From Parcubacteria group bacterium M6-OD1-1 (GTDB lineage Bacteria; Patescibacteriota; Minisyncoccia; GWC2-36-17; M10-OD1-4): a stretch of DNA of 64,000 nucleotides. The position numbers and the translations under genes were made by a program. Below the pieces are notes generated by a model, which saw only the letters and a program-made list of their open reading frames with translations, was not told the DNA's origin and ran no database searches. The stretch spans positions 8,481 to 72,480 of the forward strand of contig LSNK01000001.1 in assembly GCA_003056085.1 (NCBI GenBank), given 5' to 3'. Positions 19,783 to 29,837 of this stretch are shown piece by piece (positions within the stretch are counted from its first letter, which is position 1; every line of letters begins with the position of its first letter).

Positions 19783-21579
19783 ATGAGAAACAATAAAAGA
19801 AGCCTATGCTTCTTTTATTTATTGTTTTTTAAAGCTTTTAATTTAATTAATACTACACCTAAAAAATTCAAATGGCCTTTATGGTCTCAGTTAAGACAAC
19901 TGCCAAGCATATTAACCAAAAAAGAAAAATATGCTGTGTTTTTGCTTTTAATTTTATCTTTGTTTTTTGGCATCTCTTCACTCTGGAACTTTTATATAGT
20001 AAAAACTGAAGAAATACCGGCTTTCGGGAAAAGATACACAGAAGCTTTAGTTGGCGGCCCTCAATTTATAAATCCAATTTTGATAACATCAAACGATGTA
20101 GATAGAGATATTTCAAAACTCATTTATTCCGGACTTATGGAATATTCTCCGGAAGGTGACATCGTTCCCGGACTCGCCAAGTCATATAAAATATCAAAGG
20201 ATGGAAAAGAATATACATTCTTTTTAAGAGATGATATTTTTTGGCATGATGGTAAAAAATTTACTGCAGATGATGTCGTATTTACAATATCCGCCATTAT
20301 AAATCCAGCCTACTCAAGCCCTCTCAGGTATTCCTGGCAAGGAATAAAAGTGGAAAAAGTGGATGATTTTACAGTTAAATTTACTTTAAACAATGTTTAT
20401 GCTCCTTTTTTAGAAAAAACCACTTTAGGTATAATGCCCAAACATATTTGGGGGCCGATAGAGCCTAGAAACATCATATTGGCCAACCCAAACTTAAACC
20501 CTATAGGAACAGGTCCTTTCAAAATGAAAAAGATTGTAAAAAACAAAGAAGGTCAAATCACCTCTATTTATCTTGAAGCAAACGACGATTATTATAAAAA
20601 AAGGCCTTATATAAATGAAATTGTATTTTATTTTTATGACGATGAGGAGCAAGCGATAAATGCCTACCAAAAAAACGAAGTGCTCGGAGTTTCTAATGTC
20701 TCGCCTAAAAATAAATATCTTGTATTTAATAAAGAAACTAAAATCTACAATCTAAATATTCCAAAATATTTTTCTATCTTTTTCAATCAAAATCAAAGCA
20801 TAGTTTTGTCAGATAAAAAAATAAGAGAAGCATTGGCATACGCCACCGATAAAGAATATTTGAATAAAAATGTATTTTTAGGAGAAGCAAAATTAATTGA
20901 CTCACCTATTTTACCAAATCTGCCGGGTTATAATGATGAAGTTACAAAATACGAATACAATCCGCAGAAAGCAAGGGACATTTTAGAAGAAGCTGGGTGG
21001 ATTGATAAAAATGAAGATGGCATCAGGGAAAAATCTCCAGGGAAAGGAAAAGATCCTGTTGATCTTTCCATCACCTTAACAACATCTGACTTTACAGATC
21101 TTGCAAAAACAGCAGAAATTATAAAAGAACAATGGGCTCAAGTTGGAGTTAAAGTAAATGTTGAAAATTACGGAATTGACGAGCTTAAGCAAAATGTAAT
21201 AAAAACAAGAGGTTATGATGCTTTGATTTTTGGTGAAGTGTTGTCACACGAGCCGGACTTGTTCGCATTTTGGCATTCTTCACAAAAAAAAGACCCGGGA
21301 CTTAACCTTTCACTTTACAACAATAAAGATGTGGATAAGCTTTTGGAAGAGGCTCGACAAACATTAGATGTAAAAAAGAGAGAAGAAAAACTTAAAAAAT
21401 TACAAAAATTAATCGTAGATGATGTCCCCGCTATCTTTTTATATTCCCCCAATTATCTTTATCCCGTAAGCAAAAAAGTTAAAGGAATTGAAATTAAAAA
21501 TATAGCATTGCCGTCAAAAAGATTTTCAGGAATAGAAAACTGGTATATAAATACTCAAAGAATCTCAAAAAGAAAATAA
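19783..21579 (+). CDS. Peptide ABC transporter substrate-binding protein (family 5)
   Basis: LR..I.WHDG..FTADDVVFT, PIGTGPFK. Confidence 0.92.
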   Translation: MRNNKRSLCFFYLLFFKAFNLINTTPKKFKWPLWSQLRQLPSILTKKEKYAVFLLLILSLFFGISSLWNFYIVKTEEIPAFGKRYTEALVGGPQFINPILITSNDVDRDISKLIYSGLMEYSPEGDIVPGLAKSYKISKDGKEYTFFLRDDIFWHDGKKFTADDVVFTISAIINPAYSSPLRYSWQGIKVEKVDDFTVKFTLNNVYAPFLEKTTLGIMPKHIWGPIEPRNIILANPNLNPIGTGPFKMKKIVKNKEGQITSIYLEANDDYYKKRPYINEIVFYFYDDEEQAINAYQKNEVLGVSNVSPKNKYLVFNKETKIYNLNIPKYFSIFFNQNQSIVLSDKKIREALAYATDKEYLNKNVFLGEAKLIDSPILPNLPGYNDEVTKYEYNPQKARDILEEAGWIDKNEDGIREKSPGKGKDPVDLSITLTTSDFTDLAKTAEIIKEQWAQVGVKVNVENYGIDELKQNVIKTRGYDALIFGEVLSHEPDLFAFWHSSQKKDPGLNLSLYNNKDVDKLLEEARQTLDVKKREEKLKKLQKLIVDDVPAIFLYSPNYLYPVSKKVKGIEIKNIALPSKRFSGIENWYINTQRISKRK

Positions 21580-21619
21580 TAAATACTTCAAATTACGAAA
21601 CACTAAAATTTCCAATAAA

Positions 21620-22948
21620 ATGAATGCAAAAAATATAAATAAAATATTTAAAGCATACGATGTAAGAGGAATATATAAAGAGGAGTTTGATGAAGAAATT
21701 GCAGAAAAAACAGCAAAAGCAACTGCTGAATTTTTAAATGCAAAAACAATCTTAGTGGCAACAGACGCCAGAGATTCCTCTGAATCTCTAAGAAATTCCG
21801 TTATAAAAGGACTTTTAGATTCCGGAGTTAATATTATAAATATAGGCGTAACAACAACTCCTATGTTTTATTTTGCAGTAAATGAAGAAAAAACTGACGG
21901 CGGTATAATGATAACCGCATCTCATAACCCTCCAAAATACAACGGACTTAAAATAGTAAGAAGCGAAGCCCGCCCTATTGGAGAAGACTCCGGACTATCA
22001 GATATTAAAAACAGCGTATTGTTAAATAAATTCAAAACACCGAAAATAAAAGGAAACGAAATTAAAAAAGACCTTTTGGAAAAATATGTTAATTTCCTAA
22101 CAAAAAACATAAGTGATTTAAATATAAAAATAACAGCGGATTTTTCATGCGGAGCATCCAGCGCTGTGGTTAAAAAGTTAGCTGAAAAGTTAAATATAAA
22201 ATTAACCGCTTTATGTGAAGTCGGCAAAAAACAAACTCATGAGGGCAATCCTTTAAAAGACGAAAATGTGATTGACTTAAAAAATAAATTAAAACAAGAA
22301 AAAGTTGATTTGGGAGTTGCTTTTGACACAGACGCCGACAGAATATTTTTCTTCACACCAAAAGGCAAAAGAATAGATTCTTTTACTGTCGCTTCTCTTC
22401 TCTCAGAAAGCTATTTAAAAAACAACAAAGAACAATTCTTTGTGGGAAGTGTAAATATAAGCAAAGTATTTGAGGAAACTGTAAAAGAAAACGGAGGGAA
22501 ATACAAAAAAAGTAAAGTTGGTCATGTTTTTATGAAACAAGCCATGAGAGAAAATGATGCGGTTTTTGGCGCAGAACTTTCGGGACACTTTTACTTTAAA
22601 AACTTTTTTTATGCCGATTCCGGGATATTTACCCTAATGAAAGTTTTAGAAATTATGAAAAAAACCGGAAAATCCATATCAGAACTAACAGAAAAATATA
22701 ACAGATATTTTAGGTCAGGAGAAATAAATTTTAAAGTAAAAGATAAAGATAAATCGCTCAATGATATAAAAAATTTCTTCAAAGATGGAGAACTTTCAGA
22801 ACAAGATGGAATAACATTGAAATTCCCAAATTTCTGGCTCAATGCAAGAACATCAAACACAGAACCTCTTTTGCGGGTAAACATAGAAGCGGACACAGAA
22901 GAACTGTTAAAAGAAAAAATCAATCAAATAAATGAAATTTTAAAATAA
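21620..22948 (+). CDS. Phosphomannomutase/phosphoglucomutase
   Basis: AYDVRG, TASHNP, DTDADR, GAELSGH, RTSNTEP. Confidence 0.95.
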   Translation: MNAKNINKIFKAYDVRGIYKEEFDEEIAEKTAKATAEFLNAKTILVATDARDSSESLRNSVIKGLLDSGVNIINIGVTTTPMFYFAVNEEKTDGGIMITASHNPPKYNGLKIVRSEARPIGEDSGLSDIKNSVLLNKFKTPKIKGNEIKKDLLEKYVNFLTKNISDLNIKITADFSCGASSAVVKKLAEKLNIKLTALCEVGKKQTHEGNPLKDENVIDLKNKLKQEKVDLGVAFDTDADRIFFFTPKGKRIDSFTVASLLSESYLKNNKEQFFVGSVNISKVFEETVKENGGKYKKSKVGHVFMKQAMRENDAVFGAELSGHFYFKNFFYADSGIFTLMKVLEIMKKTGKSISELTEKYNRYFRSGEINFKVKDKDKSLNDIKNFFKDGELSEQDGITLKFPNFWLNARTSNTEPLLRVNIEADTEELLKEKINQINEILK

Positions 22949-22949
22949 A

Positions 22950-22982
22950 AAAAACCCCAATGTAATCACATCGGGGTTTTTT
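22950..22982. terminator. Intrinsic terminator
   Basis: aaaacccc..ggggtttttt. Confidence 0.7.
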
Positions 22983-23006
22983 AGAGACAATTACAGAAAT
23001 AATAAA

Positions 23007-23157
23007 ATCATTTTTATAATACGAAACATCTAAATAGATGTTTCGTAAGAAATTTAAAAGAACGCAAGTCTCGAGGAGAGAGATTTTTGTCTAAAAGACA
23101 AAAAACTTACCCTTTCAAATTTCATTCCATTTAGATGTTCCGTATTATAAAAATGAT
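23007..23157. repeat. Long inverted-repeat (MITE-like) element
   Basis: atcatttttataatacgaaacatctaaat / atttagatgttccgtattataaaaatgat. Confidence 0.85.
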
Positions 23158-23160
23158 ATT

Positions 23161-23766
23161 TTAAAATATATCCATATCGCCATCTTTAGTACTGGTAAGA
23201 ACTTTCCCTGCTGATATAATTTGAGTTTTAATAAAATCAAGGACAGCATTTCTTGCAACCGTTGATCTCCATAACGGTAAGTCTCTTTTTGGATGACCTG
23301 ATAATTCTATTAATCTAATGTATGCTGTGGATACTAAATCTTCAAATTCATAAGGTTTGATACTCAAAGTATTATTTTTAAGTTTTCTTAATGCAAATTT
23401 ACTGCCTATTTCGGCAGATTTTTTAAGTATATCAACATTTTTTTCTGCCCAATCATTATCAATCATTATTACTTTCTTTTGATAATTTAAAAATAACCAT
23501 CCTTGTTTTCTCGCCCTATAAGAAGTTGCTTTCGATACATTATATTTCTCTTGAATATCTTTTGCGTTCATATCCTTAGAAATTAATATTCTTTTTCTTT
23601 CTGTTGTCCCGGCATCAATAAAAATTTCTTTCTCTATATACTTATCAGACTTATCAGAATCATTATTATTTTCTTGTCCTTCAAAATTATCTTTTTTTTG
23701 ATTATTTATAGAATCATCTTCTTTCTCAACTCCGATTGATTCATTTACATTAAATTGTTCATTCAT
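23161..23766 (-). CDS. Hypothetical protein, possibly DNA-binding
   Basis: 201-aa ORF; HTH-like segment IQEKYNVSKATSYRA. Confidence 0.7.
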   Translation of the reverse strand: MNEQFNVNESIGVEKEDDSINNQKKDNFEGQENNNDSDKSDKYIEKEIFIDAGTTERKRILISKDMNAKDIQEKYNVSKATSYRARKQGWLFLNYQKKVIMIDNDWAEKNVDILKKSAEIGSKFALRKLKNNTLSIKPYEFEDLVSTAYIRLIELSGHPKRDLPLWRSTVARNAVLDFIKTQIISAGKVLTSTKDGDMDIF

Positions 23767-23895
23767 ATTTTTATATAATTAATAATATTATACCTATATA
23801 ATATATTATCCTAATAAAAAAATAATCTCAATACATCTTTTTAAAAATGAGGCAAGTTACTTGAAATATATTTCTTTCACTTGCCTTAAAAACGA

Positions 23896-24270
23896 CTAAT
23901 TTTTCGGGTAGTCAATCCCAGCAAATTCAATCGCCGAAATTATTACGGAGAATCTTTTATACCCCCTCTTACCCATCTTGTCTATCGTATACAGCCTCAT
24001 TAATTTTTTACCGTCTGAATCTTCAGCGGCAAAATAGACAAGCCTGTATCCTGTTGAGAGTAAAAATGCTCTTTTGGCTATCCAAGAAATTGACCAACCT
24101 TTCCTCTGAGCATATGCGGGAGAATTCCATTTTATTGGGATTTCCCATATAGGCAAGTCGTCAATCTCCTTGGCAAAGCCTTTCTTCACCAAAGAGTTCA
24201 AATGCACAATCCTTGCTCTCTTCTTTTTTTCAGAAGTAAAAAAGCTCCTGAGATTCATTTTCTGTACCAT
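23896..24270 (-). CDS. Orphan hypothetical protein
   Basis: AAGGAGG SD before ATG at 24270. Confidence 0.7.
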   Translation of the reverse strand: MVQKMNLRSFFTSEKKKRARIVHLNSLVKKGFAKEIDDLPIWEIPIKWNSPAYAQRKGWSISWIAKRAFLLSTGYRLVYFAAEDSDGKKLMRLYTIDKMGKRGYKRFSVIISAIEFAGIDYPKN

Positions 24271-25360
24271 AATTTCCTCCTTTAGGAAATTATTGCAACC
24301 TGCCACAGTTGCGAAAAAGTTTTTCTCAGGGTGGCTGTATCCTGAGAAGTATATCTACCCCTTCTTAGTTAGGGTATAAATTCTTCCTCATAAAGAGGTT
24401 TCTGGTAATCTCGGGCGGTTTAAGTCCGGGGTTGCCAGCCGATCTCCTTACGAAAACGGTTGATGAGTTGTATTTTATTATACGACTCTGCACTATCCGT
24501 TAAAAAGTTTGCTTGCATTTTAACGGCACAGATGACCCATCTTAGCAAAACTATTGAAAAGCTGAATAACTTTTCAGATTTTATCAAAAGGTTATTTTCA
24601 GTCTCTACTCTCTCCTCATTTTTGCTTCTTTGCAAAAAGAAAATAAAGACAAACTTCTAATAATATCTAACAAAGAACAATTTTTTCCCTTTTTATTAAG
24701 AGAACAACAGAGATGATACGAGATATTTAAAGTGTTTAATATGATTTCACACCCAATATTTCACACTCTTTCCTCTCTGTTGTTTTTCCAACAAATCTTT
24801 CGATTCTATGTTAAGATACAAAAAAAGCAGTTGAGAATCTTTTTCCAATAATATGAGGAAAGAGACTTTCAACTGCCTTCTAAAAACAATCAATAATATA
24901 TGTTTTCTGTATATTGTCTATATAACATAGATTATACATACATTTTTTATTTTACTTCATTTTTATACTGGTTTGTTTCCAGTCTCTCTCCTCAAAGAAT
25001 TTTTTATTTATTTTTCAAAGTTCCTTCTTTTACTGATTTGTCTATCTTTACTGTTTTTTCACAATATCATATTTTTTAAAATCTGTCAAGTATTTTTCTT
25101 TTCTGATTTATTAACGTACTTATATACTAACATAGTTTATATATACTGTCAAGGGTTTTAAAATAACCTTTCTAATGCTATTATTTTCTCATATTTTACA
25201 TTTAAGTGTAATTCTTCAGAAAAATTAACCATACAAGTAAGGATTTGAGTTTTCGAATACACTTTTTGTGAATGTTATTTAAAAGTTAACAATACAAGAA
25301 CATCAAAATCAAAAGTTTGAACGCAAGTCTGAAAAGTGAAATAAGTTTTATTATAACTAA

Positions 25361-25497
25361 AGTATGAGGGGCTTGAATATTTAAGCGCAGTTTGAGGCAA
25401 AAATGAAGAGTGCAACGAGTCGTACTGATAGGTACGACGAGTAAGCGATAAATTTTTAACGACAAAATGCACCAAATATGCAAGACCACAAAATATT
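25361..25497 (+). repeat. Palindromic element family, copy C
   Basis: GAGGC..GAGTCGTAC/GTACGACGA..AACGA core. Confidence 0.8.
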
Positions 25498-26604
25498 ATG
25501 TCTTTTAGTATTGGTATCGTAGGATTACCCAACGTCGGCAAGTCCACCCTATTTAACGCCTTAACTAAAAATCCCGTGGATATCCAAAACTATCCTTTTT
25601 GCACCATCGACCCAAATGTCGGTGTTGTTACCGTGCCTGATGAAAGATTAGAAAAATTATCTGAAATATCAAATTCTGAAAAAATAATTCCCACCGTTAT
25701 TGAATTTGTTGACATCGCAGGTCTTGTAAAAGGTGCAAGTAAGGGCGAAGGTCTTGGAAATAAATTTTTGTCCCACATACGGGAAGTTAAAGCTATCTGT
25801 GAAGTTGTAAGAATATTTGATGATGAAAACATTACTCATGTTGATAAAAAAGTAGATCCTCTGTCTGATGTTCAGACCATAAACCTTGAACTTATTTTTG
25901 CAGATTTAGACACTATAAATAAGAGATTGGAAAAAACATCAAAAGAAACAAGAAGCGGCAACAAAGAAGCTCTGTTTCAGACAGAAGTGTTAAATAAACT
26001 GAAAAATCATCTTGAGAAAGAAAATATGATAAACTCTTTAGATCTTGAGGAAAAAGAAATTGAATTAGTAAAAGAGTTAAATCTTTTAAGATCAAAACCG
26101 ATTTTGTATGTTTTGAATAAAAAATTTGGAGGAGAAAATTTAGATGAAATGAACGACGAAAGATATCAAAAATTGATGGATTATTTTGAAAAAAACAACT
26201 CAAAATATATTATTTTAGATGCTGCGATAGAAGCTGAAATGAATAAATTTTCTGAAGAAGAAAAACAAGAATATAAAAAAGAATTTAATATCAGTGAAAA
26301 TTCCGGTTTGGACAGCTTAATAAAAGAAAGTTACAGTCTATTGGGACTAATAACATACCTAACTACGGGAGAAAAAGAAACAAGAGCATGGACGGTTAAA
26401 AAAGACTCCCCTGCTCCTGTTGCCGCCGCGGAAATTCATACAGATTTTGAAAAGAAATTTATAAAAGCAGAAGTTGTAACATATAAGGACTTAACAATGT
26501 CCGGATCGTACGCCCAAGCAAGAGAGAAAGGACTATTACAAACCAAAGGAAAAGAATATATAGTAAAAGATGGCGATGTTTTGGAGTTTAAAATAGCTCC
26601 TTAA
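25498..26604 (+). CDS. ychF: Ribosome-binding ATPase YchF
   Basis: GLPNVGKST, NYPFCTIDPN, DIAGLV, TGS domain. Confidence 0.97.
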   Translation: MSFSIGIVGLPNVGKSTLFNALTKNPVDIQNYPFCTIDPNVGVVTVPDERLEKLSEISNSEKIIPTVIEFVDIAGLVKGASKGEGLGNKFLSHIREVKAICEVVRIFDDENITHVDKKVDPLSDVQTINLELIFADLDTINKRLEKTSKETRSGNKEALFQTEVLNKLKNHLEKENMINSLDLEEKEIELVKELNLLRSKPILYVLNKKFGGENLDEMNDERYQKLMDYFEKNNSKYIILDAAIEAEMNKFSEEEKQEYKKEFNISENSGLDSLIKESYSLLGLITYLTTGEKETRAWTVKKDSPAPVAAAEIHTDFEKKFIKAEVVTYKDLTMSGSYAQAREKGLLQTKGKEYIVKDGDVLEFKIAP

Positions 26605-26727
26605 TTTTATTAATTTATTAAAAAATCAAAACTAATACAAGGGTTGCCATTTTGTCTATTTTATAGTAGCATATTGCTAAGACTTAAATTCGCCTTTGGT
26701 CCTAAAAATTAATAAAAACAGCTTAAA

Positions 26728-27198
26728 ATGACTGAAAATAAAAAACTATACGAATTTGCATATTTTTTATCATCATCCATATCAGAAGATGATGTCTTAA
26801 AACATGTCCAAAAACTTAGAGACATTTTAGAAAAACACTCCGGAGAGATAGTAAGGGAAGAATTGCCTCAGATAAGAAATTTAGCATATCCAATAAAACA
26901 TCAACGTCAAGGATATTTTGGATACACTCACTTTAAAACTTCAAACAATCAAATAAAAGATCTTAACATCACCCTTCAGTTATCTAAAGATATCCTAAGA
27001 TTTTTTATTATAGAAGTATCAAAAAAACAACTTGAACAATTGGCCGGAGGAAACATAAATATACCAAAAAAACAGCAAAAAGAAGCGGAAAAAGCGGTAG
27101 AATCAGTGCTTAAAAGAGGCGCAAAAAGCCAAGTGGAAGAACAGAAAGTTGAATTTGAAGAGTTGGAGGAAAAATTAGAGGAGATTTTAAATAAATAA
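26728..27198 (+). CDS. rpsF: 30S ribosomal protein S6
   Basis: YE..LAYPIK..GY; rpsF-ssb-rpsR synteny. Confidence 0.9.
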   Translation: MTENKKLYEFAYFLSSSISEDDVLKHVQKLRDILEKHSGEIVREELPQIRNLAYPIKHQRQGYFGYTHFKTSNNQIKDLNITLQLSKDILRFFIIEVSKKQLEQLAGGNINIPKKQQKEAEKAVESVLKRGAKSQVEEQKVEFEELEEKLEEILNK

Positions 27199-27287
27199 TT
27201 TTACGAATCAAGAATAAAGAACCAGGAGTCAAAATAAACACAAAATAATGCACTTAATTCCTGATTCTTAATCCTTAATTCTTTTTT

Positions 27288-27713
27288 ATGAATTTAAATA
27301 AAGTAATGTTAATAGGAAATTTGACTCGTGATCCGGAGTCTAAGTCAACGACAACAGGCAGAACTGTAACGACATTTTCAATTGCAACCAACAGAATGTG
27401 GACTGATCAAGACGGTCAAAAACAACAGAAAACAGAATTTCATAATATTGTAGCATGGGGAAAAATCGGAGATATATGCGCTCAATATTTGAAAAGAGGA
27501 GGACTTGTTTATGTAGAAGGACGGCTTGAAACAAGATCATGGGACGGACAAGACGGAGTTAAAAGATATAAAACAGAAATAGTTCTTGAAAATATGCAAA
27601 TGGGACCAAGAGCTGGAGGAGCTTCTACTCAATCTGAGAAATCAGAAAATAATGCTGCCGGAGAACCGGCAAAAGCTGAAGATGAAATAAACATAGAAGA
27701 TATTCCATTTTAG
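27288..27713 (+). CDS. ssb: Single-stranded DNA-binding protein
   Basis: NKVMLIGNLTRDPE, C-terminal DIPF. Confidence 0.97.
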   Translation: MNLNKVMLIGNLTRDPESKSTTTGRTVTTFSIATNRMWTDQDGQKQQKTEFHNIVAWGKIGDICAQYLKRGGLVYVEGRLETRSWDGQDGVKRYKTEIVLENMQMGPRAGGASTQSEKSENNAAGEPAKAEDEINIEDIPF

Positions 27714-27743
27714 TAAAAAATTAAAAGTTATAAAATAATAGAT

Positions 27744-27965
27744 ATGATTAATAACAAAAAAAGGCCTTGTCATTTTTGTGTAACAAACACAAAATGGATA
27801 GATTACAAAGATGCTGAAACTTTAAAAAAGTTTACATCAATGCAATCAAAAATGATGCCAAAGAAAAGAACAGGGACTTGCGCAAAACATCAAAGAGAGC
27901 TTGCAAATGCAGTAAAAAGAGCTCGATTTATGTCTTTGCTGCAATTTACGGTTATCAAAAAATAA
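27744..27965 (+). CDS. rpsR: 30S ribosomal protein S18 (Zn-binding type)
   Basis: CHFC, IDYKD, TGTCAKHQR, KRAR. Confidence 0.96.
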   Translation: MINNKKRPCHFCVTNTKWIDYKDAETLKKFTSMQSKMMPKKRTGTCAKHQRELANAVKRARFMSLLQFTVIKK

Positions 27966-27984
27966 ACAAAAATTCCAATCAAAA

Positions 27985-28016
27985 TAAAAACCCCGCCAAA
28001 ATTGGCGGGGTTTTTA
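27985..28016. terminator. Bidirectional terminator rpsR/recA
   Basis: aaaaaccccgccaaaattggcggggttttt. Confidence 0.85.
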
Positions 28017-28024
28017 TTTTAAAA

Positions 28025-29098
28025 TTAGTCCTCTTTCTCCTTTTCTTTTATAACAGCTTTGGTTTCTGAAAGAATTTTATTTGATAAAGTTTTGTTTGAT
28101 TTTATAAATTTTCTTGCGTTATCCATCCCTTGTCCGAGTTTTTCATCATTGTATATTATCCATGCCCCGCTTTTTTTAACCACACCATTATTTATAGCAA
28201 GATTTAAAAGATCACTTTCATAGGAGATGCCCTCGTTATACATAATATCAAATTCAGCAATCTTAAAAGGCGCTGCAACTTTATTTTTAACTATTTTCAC
28301 CTTAATTCTGTTTCCTATAACATCTTCTCCTTTTTTTATTTGAGCTTTTCTTCTTATGTCTATTCTTACTGAAGAATAAAATTTAAGAGCGTTCCCTCCG
28401 GTAGTTGTCTCAGGATTTCCAAATACAACACCTATTTTCATTCTCATTTGATTTATAAAAACAACTATCGTGTTATGCTTGGCAACAATCGCGGTTAATT
28501 TTCTTAATGCATGAGACATAAGACGAGCTTGAAGACCCATATGCTGCTGTCCCATCTCCCCTTCTATTTCAGCCCTTGGAGTTAAGGCGGCAACTGAATC
28601 AACAATAATAAGATCAACAACATCTGACTTCACTAAAGTTTCTACTATATCAAGAGCCTGTTCTCCTGTATCCGGTTGAGATATCAAAAGTTCTTTTGTC
28701 TTTACTCCTATATTTTTAGCATAAACAGGATCTAAAGCATGCTCAGCATCCACAAAAGCCGCCACTCCGCCCTTTTTCTGAGCTTCTGCCACAATATGCA
28801 GGGTAAGAGTAGTTTTCCCTGAAGATTCGGGTCCAAACACCTCTATTATCCTTCCTCTTGGGACACCACCAACTCCCAACGCCATATCCAAAGATATAGA
28901 ACCGGTAGAAATGGCATCTACATCAACTTTTTTTGCATCTCCAAGCTTCATTATCGCTCCCTCACCAAACTTACTTCTGATGCTCTCTATAGCAATGTCT
29001 AATTGTTTTGATTCTTTTGTATCCTCGACTTTCGCTGCTTTTGTTTTATCCTCCTTATCAGAATTATTTTGTTTAGCCGGTTTTTTTTCTTTTTTCAT
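28025..29098 (-). CDS. recA: Recombinase RecA
   Basis: [22 protein letters not shown]. Confidence 0.98.
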   Translation of the reverse strand: MKKEKKPAKQNNSDKEDKTKAAKVEDTKESKQLDIAIESIRSKFGEGAIMKLGDAKKVDVDAISTGSISLDMALGVGGVPRGRIIEVFGPESSGKTTLTLHIVAEAQKKGGVAAFVDAEHALDPVYAKNIGVKTKELLISQPDTGEQALDIVETLVKSDVVDLIIVDSVAALTPRAEIEGEMGQQHMGLQARLMSHALRKLTAIVAKHNTIVVFINQMRMKIGVVFGNPETTTGGNALKFYSSVRIDIRRKAQIKKGEDVIGNRIKVKIVKNKVAAPFKIAEFDIMYNEGISYESDLLNLAINNGVVKKSGAWIIYNDEKLGQGMDNARKFIKSNKTLSNKILSETKAVIKEKEKED

Positions 29099-29159
29099 AA
29101 TTTTATTATTAACTTACTGCTCAAACAAATTTTATTGTATAAAACATTGTGCAGTAAGC

Positions 29160-29837
29160 TTATTCAAGAATTATTCGTCTTATTATTAAAGATTCTTTAT
29201 TAAGTCTGTTTAAAGCTTTAATTTTAATAGTATTAATACCGTCTTGTAAAGGTATTACTTCAAAAAAAGACCCGTCACTACTTACAAAAACATCATTTTC
29301 ATTTATAGTGATTTTGTTATCAGGCTGAGTATTTCCTGAAATTTTAATCTCTTTTGACTTTGTTATTATATCATTTTTTGGATTAGTTACAACAAGTTTT
29401 GGATCTCCCAATAGATAATTTAATTGAATAATAAAATAAAACAAAATAACCGCTATAAACAAAACAAATGAAACCTTAGCTATTATTTTCGGCGTAATAA
29501 CAAACGCTCTTTTTGAAACCTTTTTAATACTGCTGTCTTTATTGTCTTTTCCTAAAAAGATTTCCTTTTTGTATAAATCCAAGAAAAAATCTTTATTTTC
29601 TGAAAAAGCAACAGCACACTTTGCAAGAAAATCTTCAATATAAATAGAAGCCGGAAGATTTTCCCAATCTCCCATTTCAATCTTTTCAAGATTTCGTATT
29701 GAAATTCCTGTTTTTTGAGACAAACCTCTAAGAGATATTTTCTTTTCTTTTCTTTTTCTTTCAAAAACATTCTCCAAAGGAAGTTCTTCAATCCCCTTTT
29801 CGCCAAAACCTGAATTGTTTTTATTCTTCATTCTCAT
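29160..29837 (-). CDS. RodZ-like HTH membrane protein with Ig-like C-terminus
   Basis: XRE HTH, one TM segment, beta-rich tail; follows ftsK. Confidence 0.75.
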   Translation of the reverse strand: MRMKNKNNSGFGEKGIEELPLENVFERKRKEKKISLRGLSQKTGISIRNLEKIEMGDWENLPASIYIEDFLAKCAVAFSENKDFFLDLYKKEIFLGKDNKDSSIKKVSKRAFVITPKIIAKVSFVLFIAVILFYFIIQLNYLLGDPKLVVTNPKNDIITKSKEIKISGNTQPDNKITINENDVFVSSDGSFFEVIPLQDGINTIKIKALNRLNKESLIIRRIILE

